Positions 56,675 to 64,000 of a stretch of 64,000 nucleotides of DNA are shown in pieces. Within the stretch, counting starts at the first letter, position 1. Each line of letters opens with the position of its first letter. The notes beneath the pieces were generated by a model. The model worked only from the letters and a program-made list of their open reading frames with translations. It was not told where the DNA came from and searched no databases. Position numbers and translations under genes: made by a program. This DNA comes from a virus (Duplodnaviria; Caudoviricetes), in the IMG/VR virus record IMGVR_UViG_3300033073_000753, positions 3,828 through 67,827 of that record; one strand, given 5' to 3'.

Positions 56675-58236
56675 TATTCGTCTTCTAGAGATTGTTCTAG
56701 TTCAATAAGTTTATCATCATCCAGGCCAGCCATGTCATCGTCGTCTGGAACTTCCTCGGCAGTATCAAAGATGTCCTTACTCTTAGCCGCTTTAGCCGCT
56801 TCAACACCACCAAAGCTAATTGAGTTAAGGAATGTTGTATTATCAACAATCATCTGACGGGCATCTGCAATACTTGTAGCAGGATCAAACAATACTTCTA
56901 CAAAGTTATTAAAGTAAAGAATATCATTTGGGATAAACTCACTTAGGTTAGGTGCTTTTTTACCAAGACCAATTGCATCTTTGTAACTTACATCGGTTCT
57001 TGCATACTCAATATCAGCCAGTCGCAATGTTTCTTGTACTGCTTGAATATGATTATACACATTATGTGCCATAATAATCAAGTAGGAGTTGGTATCCCAT
57101 GAAGTCTTACCAATCTTACCATTCTTATTGGGATCGTTTGGACCCATATAACAAATATCACCGGCGGTCAATCGTTCCATAATAGGACCTTGATGTGGCA
57201 TTGCCATCGTAGAACCTTTAAGACCCTTGTCATCGATGCTCTTACCCATAGAATATGTTAACTTCTGTGGAGTAAAGTAATTGTAGTTGTAGGTTAGTGC
57301 ATAGCCACCTGCCGCAACAAAAGGACTTGCCGCATCGAAGCTGATGTTAATGTTTGGGTTATAATGCTTTTGTAACTGACGCTTAATGGATGTTAAGTAA
57401 CATGCCCATTTCAAACGACCAATACCCAAGAAGTGAATCCAATCCTTATCCTTAATCAGGTCATCTTCAATTAAATCAAGCAAGCGATTCAATACGCTAG
57501 GCATGTGCTTCATATTAATACCAGCAAACGCCCAACCTTCAAGTGTACGGTCTTCAGTATAGCCCATTTCCTTAACACTTGCTGGCTTGCTAAAGTGCTT
57601 GATAGTATCATACCATAGTTTAGAGTTATCCGGAGTACTACCAGAGATAACATTTAAGAACTTAGTAGCACCCGGTACACGATGCTTCATAAAATAATGA
57701 AGGTTGTGTACTGAAATGTCTAGTGTATCTTCAAACTTAGTGAGGCCAGTCTTGGCACTTAGCGGAGGTACTGCGGCAAACGCTGGAACATCAAGTGTCA
57801 TTGACCAATCTGATGTGTGTTCTAAGTAGCGTAGAATTTCTTCGCGGAACTTATCACCTTCTGCACCTTTGATGTTCTTCCAATCCATCTTGATAACACC
57901 AGTTGCCAGCTGGAAACCAGAGCTATCACCAACAATAACAGTCTTCTTACGATCACGCTTGTGAATCATTGGCTCTTTGTCATCACACCGAGTTAGGTTA
58001 CGATCAGCATGACCTGCAGAATACAGGGCAACACCGTAGTGATAGTAAGAGTTTTCTGGATCTAAGAAGTTAACACCTTCAAAACCTTTTTCAAAACCAG
58101 CTGGAACTCGTTCTGGGGGTGTGCTTCCTGGATTGTTAATTATGTTACCAAGTTGCTTGGTATAGAACCCACTGATGGCAGGCAAGTAAAATGCCCAATT
58201 ACCATCCATTGCTCGTTTAGTTAGATCAATGCTCAT
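56674..58236 (-). CDS. dpdA: TGT-fold guanine transglycosylase, DpdA-like
   Basis: GDSSGFQ (DSGGFQ equivalent), MTLDVP, GWAFAG, IHFLG, ISFDAASP, AHN; context with folE/queE/T-fold. Confidence 0.7.
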   Translation of the reverse strand: MSIDLTKRAMDGNWAFYLPAISGFYTKQLGNIINNPGSTPPERVPAGFEKGFEGVNFLDPENSYYHYGVALYSAGHADRNLTRCDDKEPMIHKRDRKKTVIVGDSSGFQLATGVIKMDWKNIKGAEGDKFREEILRYLEHTSDWSMTLDVPAFAAVPPLSAKTGLTKFEDTLDISVHNLHYFMKHRVPGATKFLNVISGSTPDNSKLWYDTIKHFSKPASVKEMGYTEDRTLEGWAFAGINMKHMPSVLNRLLDLIEDDLIKDKDWIHFLGIGRLKWACYLTSIKRQLQKHYNPNINISFDAASPFVAAGGYALTYNYNYFTPQKLTYSMGKSIDDKGLKGSTMAMPHQGPIMERLTAGDICYMGPNDPNKNGKIGKTSWDTNSYLIIMAHNVYNHIQAVQETLRLADIEYARTDVSYKDAIGLGKKAPNLSEFIPNDILYFNNFVEVLFDPATSIADARQMIVDNTTFLNSISFGGVEAAKAAKSKDIFDTAEEVPDDDDMAGLDDDKLIELEQSLEDE

Positions 58237-58239
58237 GAA

Positions 58240-58959
58240 TTATGACTGTGCAATTACAAGATATTCGTAACTAATAACACCAGAGTCAAATTCGACCTTG
58301 GCAACCTTTTCTGAGATACTAACAATCGGAGTACCTTGGCTTGCTGTTTTAAGTGCAAGCAATAAACTATTGATAGGTAATGTAACTGGACGCTTCAATG
58401 TTTGTGTAGTATCTGCAAACACAAACTTACCACTGTGACCGCCACCACCTGCACCACCAAATGTAAAGATTAACTTACCATTGTCTGTGCTTGCTACTAA
58501 GTTAGGGTCAATGCTTGCATACAAACCTGCTCGCTGTGACAATTCGCTAATCTTATTTGCCGCAGGTTGCACAACGACATCCCATGTTGTACCTTTAAAA
58601 CTACGACTCTTTGTTTTCATTAAGTTAGTAGGAGTTAAACGATACTCGTCTTTGTTATTGTCCTTACCGGAGAATACCAAGCGATCAATTTCGCTCTTAG
58701 CATTGTTGCCTGTTGCCACAGCACTATCTTCTGTGCGATATAAGCCGCTTAGGCCAACAAAGAATCCTAAGTTAAGCATACCAAACTTTTCAGGAAGTTC
58801 ATCTACTTTGTTCTTGCTATTGGCAAGTACAGTCAACGAACTATCTTCAGGATAAGCAGTAAACTTGGTACTCTCTTGTTCTTGTTCTACTAAGATCTCT
58901 TCAAAAGGTCCTAGGCTTGCGATGTTTTTTGCTACATCAAGCACAATATCTTTTAGCAT
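58240..58959 (-). CDS. DNA polymerase sliding clamp (gp45-like)
   Basis: 239 aa immediately downstream of polB; FGMLNL, FKG..WDV...P, FDSG...YEY; size and context. Confidence 0.65.
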   Translation of the reverse strand: MLKDIVLDVAKNIASLGPFEEILVEQEQESTKFTAYPEDSSLTVLANSKNKVDELPEKFGMLNLGFFVGLSGLYRTEDSAVATGNNAKSEIDRLVFSGKDNNKDEYRLTPTNLMKTKSRSFKGTTWDVVVQPAANKISELSQRAGLYASIDPNLVASTDNGKLIFTFGGAGGGGHSGKFVFADTTQTLKRPVTLPINSLLLALKTASQGTPIVSISEKVAKVEFDSGVISYEYLVIAQS

Positions 58960-58986
58960 TGTTGTGATTCTCCAGTTATGTTAATG

Positions 58987-59015
58987 ATTATATGTAAATT
59001 TAGATCTAAAGTCAA
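58987..59015 (-). promoter_or_regulatory. sigma70 promoter for clamp-dpdA run
   Basis: TTGACT-17 bp-TATAAT; GGAG SD. Confidence 0.85.
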
Positions 59016-59031
59016 GGCGCCGTTCACCGTT

Positions 59032-61677
59032 TTAAGAAAATAGGTCATCAATAAATCCTCGATCCTTACTTTGGTTCAAGTCCCAATGTAAAACACCAAG
59101 TAGGTTTTCAATCTTAGAGTCAATAATTGTTTCTTCCATTGCTCCATGATCAAATGGTAATTGCTTAAACCAATCAGGGAGGTTCATCTCGTCAATTGGA
59201 TATGCAATGCTGTTAATCTGCATTGGGTTGGATCGTAGTTTACATACAATGGCCTTTTGACCATCAGTAATGTCCATACTACGCTTGTCACCAAATGCTT
59301 CTTTAATACGGTTCCAGTTAATTGCCGCCATAGCATGGCCTACTCCACACTTACCTGTCTTCTTATAGACATCAGTATGCTTAGTTAGATTGTTCACACG
59401 CTTAGGTGTGCCCTTTTCCCAACCTGGACGGCTCTTAAATTCTTCACGGAACTCTTTAACACGGGCCATGACCTCTTGTTCGGTCTTACCTTCAAGAGTC
59501 ATAGTAAGTGCTTCTTCTAAGAACTTCTGCATAAACTCAGGAGTATCAGCTCGCTTCATATCTAGACCCATGGCCTTTAACTCACCAGGTGATCCATCTG
59601 CATCTTTACGCTTGCCTTCTTTATCATAGATAAGAACTGCATAACGCTTCTTGGTCATGTAGATACCTTTACTTGCAACAACCTCACGACCTGCTTTAAT
59701 AATCTCACCTTGCGACTGTGGGCAATTGAATGCATAATTCATAAAGGTAGGGAAAGTATCGTTTACCTGCTCACTAATAGCATCATACAATTCAACGATC
59801 TTTTCTTTAGTCCAAACAATCTCGCCACTTTCAATTTGTTCTTTAAAGATTGGATATGCAGAAAAGTAAACAGAGTCAGTATCACCATAGATGATTGACT
59901 TACCCATGTGATCCTTTTCCCCAGTAAGCAATTCATTAACGCTTCCTGCCATGTGTCTAGCAATAAGCCTTCCGCATAGTGTAGTAGATTGTCCTAATCG
60001 TTGATCAAAGAATCGACTACCTGCATTCAACAACGCACCATAAGCAGAGTTCAGGTTAATCTTCTTAACTAGCTGACGCTTATCCCAAAAGTCAAACATG
60101 TCTGTGCCGTATGCTTCTTTGGCTTTCTTTTGTAGCTCTTTACGCTCGGCATACCAACGCTCTAACAAACCGGGAATAACACCTTTATTTGTATAGCTAA
60201 AGATTGTACCATTGCCGGATATCATCAATGGCTGTCCGCTATGAAATACAAAGTCGTAAACTTCGGCAGAACTCATTTCACTGCTAGTGCCATCGGCCCA
60301 GTCGACAATTTCTTTAGTACCAATCTCTCTGTTCATTACAGACTCGTACTCAAAGCAAGCAAACTTGCCCTCCCAGAATTCTGCGATACCTTTACCAGCA
60401 TCTTTAAATTCCTGAATACCTTCATTTGTACGAACCTGCCTAACCTGTCCAACAATAGTTTCTGGACTCATGTTAAGAGCACGAATAACAGACGGGTACA
60501 GGGAGTTGATATCCATCGAGCCAATCCATTCGTGCATACCCTGTTTAGGTACAGCAACATACGCACCGGCGGCCGCATTGTCTTCGCTATTGCCACGGCG
60601 TGGTCTATCAGGAACAACCATACCTAGTCGGTGAGCTTCATTGATAACAGCTTGGTCAGTAACTGCCACTGCACCTAGCGTAGCACGAAGTCCAACCGTA
60701 TTAGCATGGGCAATAAGATTTGTAAGCTCAATAAACTTTAACTTGTCGTCAAGTTTTTTAAGCAAGATTACATCCTGTCTGTTATACGCAATAAACTTTT
60801 CAAAGTCATTGTTGTATAACTGATCCAGTGTACCTTCATACGGAATTTTTGTTTCGCCTAGCTCATATTCACCAATAGCATCCAAGCGATAGGTATGCAT
60901 CTCGTGATAGTTGTACTTGCGATACAATTCAAGATAGTCAAGGTGGATACGACCAATAGGATCATAAGTTTCTAATTCCTTGCCATACTTTTCAAAATAA
61001 CGCTTGCTAGGAAACTGATCCCATAAACATAGTTTTCGAGTTAGCTCTTTGCCTAGTATACGAGTAATGCGATTAGTTGTATAGGGAATATCAAAACCCT
61101 CTGAGTTCCAACCAGACAATACATCAGCATCGTCGATTAGATCCAACCACATTTCTAGCATTTCCTTTTCGTCAATGCATAGGATGGTATCGTCAAACTT
61201 GGAAACAATATCCTTGGCTACATCATCAGACATTTCATCTGGTTTCAGAACTAAGGTGATAGTCCTATCAAGCCACATTAAATGTGTAGTAATGGCAGTA
61301 ATATAATTGAATGGGTCGCTTGGAGGGGCAAAGCCTTTGACTTTGTCATAAGCAACCTCAATGTCAAAAAATGCTACATGTAGGTTGGGCGCATCTTGAC
61401 CGCCGTAGTTTTCTTCCAAGCAACGGTTCAGCGGCCTATAGTCGCTTTCGCATAGTTTCTTATTGCTATGGATGCGGCGCTCTTTATCAAATGCCGCGGC
61501 ATTACTTAATAGCACACGGCTGACTCTGTCGCCTGCAATGTTTGTGAACTTGCCCTTGTTATCGGGATAGTACAATACATATTTTGCTTGGTACTCTTTG
61601 AGTACTCTCTTGCCATCCTGTCTTTCAACAACATGGATGATTTCTTTTTTCTTATCGTGATATGCGTCTATGAACAT
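59032..61677 (-). CDS. Family B DNA polymerase (gp43-like)
   Basis: Exo I FDIEV, Exo II GWNSEGFDIPY, Exo III YNRQDV; DINSLYPS, KINLNSAYG, YGDTDS, KKRY. Confidence 0.97.
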   Translation of the reverse strand: MFIDAYHDKKKEIIHVVERQDGKRVLKEYQAKYVLYYPDNKGKFTNIAGDRVSRVLLSNAAAFDKERRIHSNKKLCESDYRPLNRCLEENYGGQDAPNLHVAFFDIEVAYDKVKGFAPPSDPFNYITAITTHLMWLDRTITLVLKPDEMSDDVAKDIVSKFDDTILCIDEKEMLEMWLDLIDDADVLSGWNSEGFDIPYTTNRITRILGKELTRKLCLWDQFPSKRYFEKYGKELETYDPIGRIHLDYLELYRKYNYHEMHTYRLDAIGEYELGETKIPYEGTLDQLYNNDFEKFIAYNRQDVILLKKLDDKLKFIELTNLIAHANTVGLRATLGAVAVTDQAVINEAHRLGMVVPDRPRRGNSEDNAAAGAYVAVPKQGMHEWIGSMDINSLYPSVIRALNMSPETIVGQVRQVRTNEGIQEFKDAGKGIAEFWEGKFACFEYESVMNREIGTKEIVDWADGTSSEMSSAEVYDFVFHSGQPLMISGNGTIFSYTNKGVIPGLLERWYAERKELQKKAKEAYGTDMFDFWDKRQLVKKINLNSAYGALLNAGSRFFDQRLGQSTTLCGRLIARHMAGSVNELLTGEKDHMGKSIIYGDTDSVYFSAYPIFKEQIESGEIVWTKEKIVELYDAISEQVNDTFPTFMNYAFNCPQSQGEIIKAGREVVASKGIYMTKKRYAVLIYDKEGKRKDADGSPGELKAMGLDMKRADTPEFMQKFLEEALTMTLEGKTEQEVMARVKEFREEFKSRPGWEKGTPKRVNNLTKHTDVYKKTGKCGVGHAMAAINWNRIKEAFGDKRSMDITDGQKAIVCKLRSNPMQINSIAYPIDEMNLPDWFKQLPFDHGAMEETIIDSKIENLLGVLHWDLNQSKDRGFIDDLFS

Positions 61678-61694
61678 GTAGTATGTATTGTGTC

Positions 61695-62090
61695 TTAATA
61701 GAAGTGTTTTGCCAGGGCACTAGTCAATCGGTCAGAATCAACTGTAATGTCAAGTTCTTCTAATGTATTCTCAAAGACCTGTTTAAGATCCTCAAATCTA
61801 TAAATGGAATTGTGTAGGCCTAAGAAGCCGGCGCATTGTGCCGCCGAGTATGCTTCAGGACCCCAACCAAAAGTATCGTAAAGAATGCCTCTGTAACTGC
61901 GATGTTCATCTAGTTCACCTTGACAAAGCTTTTCAACGATAGCACAGAATGCCATCAACTGTTCCTCTGGTTCTAATCCAGAATAAAACGAACGGCACAT
62001 ACTTTGATATTCATCGTATGCCTTTTGGATTTCCTTGCCCGATTCGTGTAGTGCGTCTAAAACTTCCTGTTTTTTAATTTCATCATTCAT
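61695..62090 (-). CDS. Hypothetical protein
   Basis: 131 aa; SYRGILYDTFGWGPEAY...AQCAGFLGLHN. Confidence 0.55.
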   Translation of the reverse strand: MNDEIKKQEVLDALHESGKEIQKAYDEYQSMCRSFYSGLEPEEQLMAFCAIVEKLCQGELDEHRSYRGILYDTFGWGPEAYSAAQCAGFLGLHNSIYRFEDLKQVFENTLEELDITVDSDRLTSALAKHFY

Positions 62091-62272
62091 ACTGAATCCT
62101 CTATTCCATAGTGTACATCATGCAAGCACTTAGCGGCGTCATCGTATCCATTGTTAATAAGGATTTGAATATTGTGTTTAATAATCAACTCAGATAACAC
62201 TTGTGCTCGCTTGGCAAGCTCGGGTGCGGCGTAATCGGCTTGCCTCATTAATTCTTTAAGTTCTTGATTCAC
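62087..62272 (-). CDS. Small hypothetical protein
   Basis: ATGA-coupled 61 aa. Confidence 0.5.
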   Translation of the reverse strand: MNQELKELMRQADYAAPELAKRAQVLSELIIKHNIQILINNGYDDAAKCLHDVHYGIEDSV

Positions 62273-62511
62273 TTTCGTAATCCTTTAATATCTTTATACT
62301 TTACACGAATGTAGTTGTGCCATTCCTTGCCAATCTTCATTGGTAAATCCAAGTGTATACTAACCATAGGACCTTCGAGTTCGCTACGCATGTTGTCAGT
62401 GTATGCAGTACCAACATAAGGAATGCCTTGATACTTTCCTTCAACCCTGTCACCAAATTGATACTTAGGTTGTGGTCTATGTTCTGCAAAGTACTCTGCC
62501 AAACTACTCAT
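62269..62511 (-). CDS. Small SH3/KOW-like hypothetical protein
   Basis: KYQFGDRVEG...Y.GT...V.IHLDLP. Confidence 0.5.
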   Translation of the reverse strand: MSSLAEYFAEHRPQPKYQFGDRVEGKYQGIPYVGTAYTDNMRSELEGPMVSIHLDLPMKIGKEWHNYIRVKYKDIKGLRK

Positions 62512-62744
62512 ACGCTATGATCTTTTTTTAATTTTTCTAACATTTCATCTTGCGCTGGTTCATACCATTCTTTAAGCCACGGGCTTTGATCGCATTCGCG
62601 AACATGTGCCATTACACGCTTACGGCCTGCACCTTCCATAGCTTCGCCGATAAAGAAACGCATTACAGTATGTCCGTGGTGTTTAATTTCAACACACATT
62701 GGATCATCTTTAGCATTGGTCCATGTAAATTCATTGTACATCAT
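62508..62744 (-). CDS. Small hypothetical protein
   Basis: ATGA overlap at 62741-62744. Confidence 0.5.
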   Translation of the reverse strand: MMYNEFTWTNAKDDPMCVEIKHHGHTVMRFFIGEAMEGAGRKRVMAHVRECDQSPWLKEWYEPAQDEMLEKLKKDHSV

Positions 62745-62953
62745 TTGCCCCACATTAGCGTAAACATCATATAGTCTGTGTCATCTCTAAATTCAAAGAT
62801 GCCCTCGCCCCTAAAGTACCAACCACTATCAGCCTTATCACCAAAGTGTTCTTTGCACCATGCAATACACGGAGACCATCCTTGATAAGTTTGGCCAGGT
62901 GTGTCTGGAGCAGGTATACTAGCTACACTCCAGCCAGTTAGCGCACTTTTCAT
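62741..62953 (-). CDS. Small hypothetical protein (F..D...F.L.W family)
   Basis: WCKEHFG...FEFRDDTDYMMFTLMW. Confidence 0.55.
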   Translation of the reverse strand: MKSALTGWSVASIPAPDTPGQTYQGWSPCIAWCKEHFGDKADSGWYFRGEGIFEFRDDTDYMMFTLMWGK

Positions 62954-62954
62954 A

Positions 62955-63233
62955 TCAACTCCATGTTAGTTTGAATAGTATAGCATCTTCATAACATTTA
63001 AACAACCAGGTCCTTCCCCGTTGATATACTCCATGCGCTGTTATACCTTCTGCTTCGGCCCATTCTCGCATATCAATGGCTTTTTTGTTTGATCCTAGTG
63101 TTTCTAATTCAATTTTAGTCCAACCAGACTCAACAAGCAATGTGCTCATAACTTCAAAGTCAATATCTTCAGCAACCCGTTTGGCCGCCTCATATGCCAT
63201 ATGGTCTTCTAAAACCTGTGTTGCTGTTTTCAT
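62955..63233 (-). CDS. Small hypothetical protein (F..ED...F.L.W family)
   Basis: WLFKCYEDAILFKLTW. Confidence 0.55.
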   Translation of the reverse strand: MKTATQVLEDHMAYEAAKRVAEDIDFEVMSTLLVESGWTKIELETLGSNKKAIDMREWAEAEGITAHGVYQRGRTWLFKCYEDAILFKLTWS

Positions 63234-63475
63234 TATTCGCCTATTACATCAAAAATATCAGCATACTCGTATCGTTTCCAATCATCCATATCAACATAAG
63301 TGTTAATACATCGTCTATAAACATTTTGCATCCACAATCGTTGTCCAGTGATTGTGGTAACAGGATACCAAGCATACCATTTTTGCCAAGGACTTGTTTC
63401 TATTTTTCTGGCAACACCGACGGCGCCGACTCTTGTACCACGGCTGTTGCCTGCTACTTTAAAAGCTACTCCCAT
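63233..63475 (-). CDS. Small Trp-rich hypothetical protein
   Basis: WQKWYAWYPV....GQRLWMQNVYRR. Confidence 0.55.
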   Translation of the reverse strand: MGVAFKVAGNSRGTRVGAVGVARKIETSPWQKWYAWYPVTTITGQRLWMQNVYRRCINTYVDMDDWKRYEYADIFDVIGE

Positions 63476-63726
63476 GATAACCTCATTAGTGTGTACAATT
63501 CATTATGAATATCAAAGTGACTACCGTCCCAACCGACCCATATACCTTTGTGCTCATACCATTGCTTGCTGTCTTGTAACCTTATCCACTTAGCAACATC
63601 ATTCTTTGCAAAGACTTTATACCATATTTCGTCATCAACAAGTTGTTTGCTTTCAATTGTAAAGGGCGTGGTTTTCTTATACACAATGTTCCATTGTTGT
63701 TGTACAGAGGTTTTAATAATAGTCAC
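63466..63726 (-). CDS. Small hypothetical protein (family variant)
   Basis: FDIHNELYTLMRLSW. Confidence 0.5.
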   Translation of the reverse strand: MTIIKTSVQQQWNIVYKKTTPFTIESKQLVDDEIWYKVFAKNDVAKWIRLQDSKQWYEHKGIWVGWDGSHFDIHNELYTLMRLSWE

Positions 63727-63944
63727 AGACTATCACCCCATGCTAACTTGAACATAATGCGTTCTTCATCATCTTTGATGCGCCACACGCTGTTGTTGTC
63801 TGCTTTGATAAAAATACTAGCATTAATACTATTCTGCCTCACCCAATCGTATATGTCTGCATCCAGATCACCAGATAAGCATATATCTCTAACATCGCTT
63901 GTAATACTAAAACCTTGCCATTTGAAATGCGGTTTAACTGGCAT
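63723..63944 (-). CDS. Small hypothetical protein (family member)
   Basis: WRIKDDEERIMFKLAW; start at TAATG overlap 63944. Confidence 0.55.
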   Translation of the reverse strand: MPVKPHFKWQGFSITSDVRDICLSGDLDADIYDWVRQNSINASIFIKADNNSVWRIKDDEERIMFKLAWGDSL

Positions 63945-64000
63945 TATTGCCCCCATTGAAGCTTAAAGATAAAGTAATCTTCAGTATCTTGAAAAGAAAA
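63944..64000 (-). CDS. 3' end of another family member (truncated by window edge)
   Basis: Reads FSFQDTEDYFIFKLQWGQ* on the minus strand. Confidence 0.6.
   Translation of the reverse strand, partial: FSFQDTEDYFIFKLQWGQ

Noticed and set aside
59073-59084. GGTTCAAGTCCC T-loop-like tRNA motif
   Set aside because: Inside the polB coding sequence; no acceptor, D or anticodon arms.
59032-61677. Intein or intron in the DNA polymerase
   Set aside because: 881 aa with all motifs at normal spacing; no splicing or homing-endonuclease motifs.
1-64000. Stop-codon reassignment (seen in some jumbo phages)
   Set aside because: Genes are intact and densely tiled in code 11, and TAA, TGA and TAG all end coupled genes.
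1-64000. CRISPR array, rRNA, transposase, integrase or homing endonuclease
   Set aside because: No repeat-spacer structure or corresponding motifs were found by reading.

Overview
This window is a 64 kb segment of a large, AT-rich, T4-like (contractile-tailed) jumbo phage genome, read in genetic code 11. I found no tRNA, CRISPR array or mobile element. The + strand block (40-31441) carries baseplate and tail genes: a hub-like protein, a gp5-like spike with a lysozyme domain, gp25- and gp6-like wedges, a 3067-aa structural protein and two fibre-type proteins, one with a (GGY)12 tract. These run directly into about 15 kb of modification enzymes: up to five glycosyltransferase-like proteins, a SAM methyltransferase, 2OG-Fe(II) oxygenases, two GNAT-like proteins, two PP-loop (SGGxDS) enzymes, a desaturase, a hydroxylase and an ATP-grasp-like protein, interleaved with two fibre-chaperone-like ORFs. 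The - strand block (31430-64000) carries a MoxR/VWA-metallopeptidase pair behind near-consensus sigma70 promoters, a T4-type RNase H and an orphan signal-less TRAP DctP. It also holds a 7-deazaguanine DNA-modification set (QueE, FolE, QueD/DpdL-like T-fold protein, DpdA/TGT-like transglycosylase) physically joined to a GT-B glycosyltransferase, GalE and a cytidylyltransferase, followed by a sliding clamp, family-B DNA polymerase and a run of small paralogous ORFs. The two best candidates for undescribed systems are (1) a virion/tail-fibre decoration pathway and (2) a possibly glycosylated deazaguanine DNA hypermodification. All family calls come from motif recognition by eye, not database searches.
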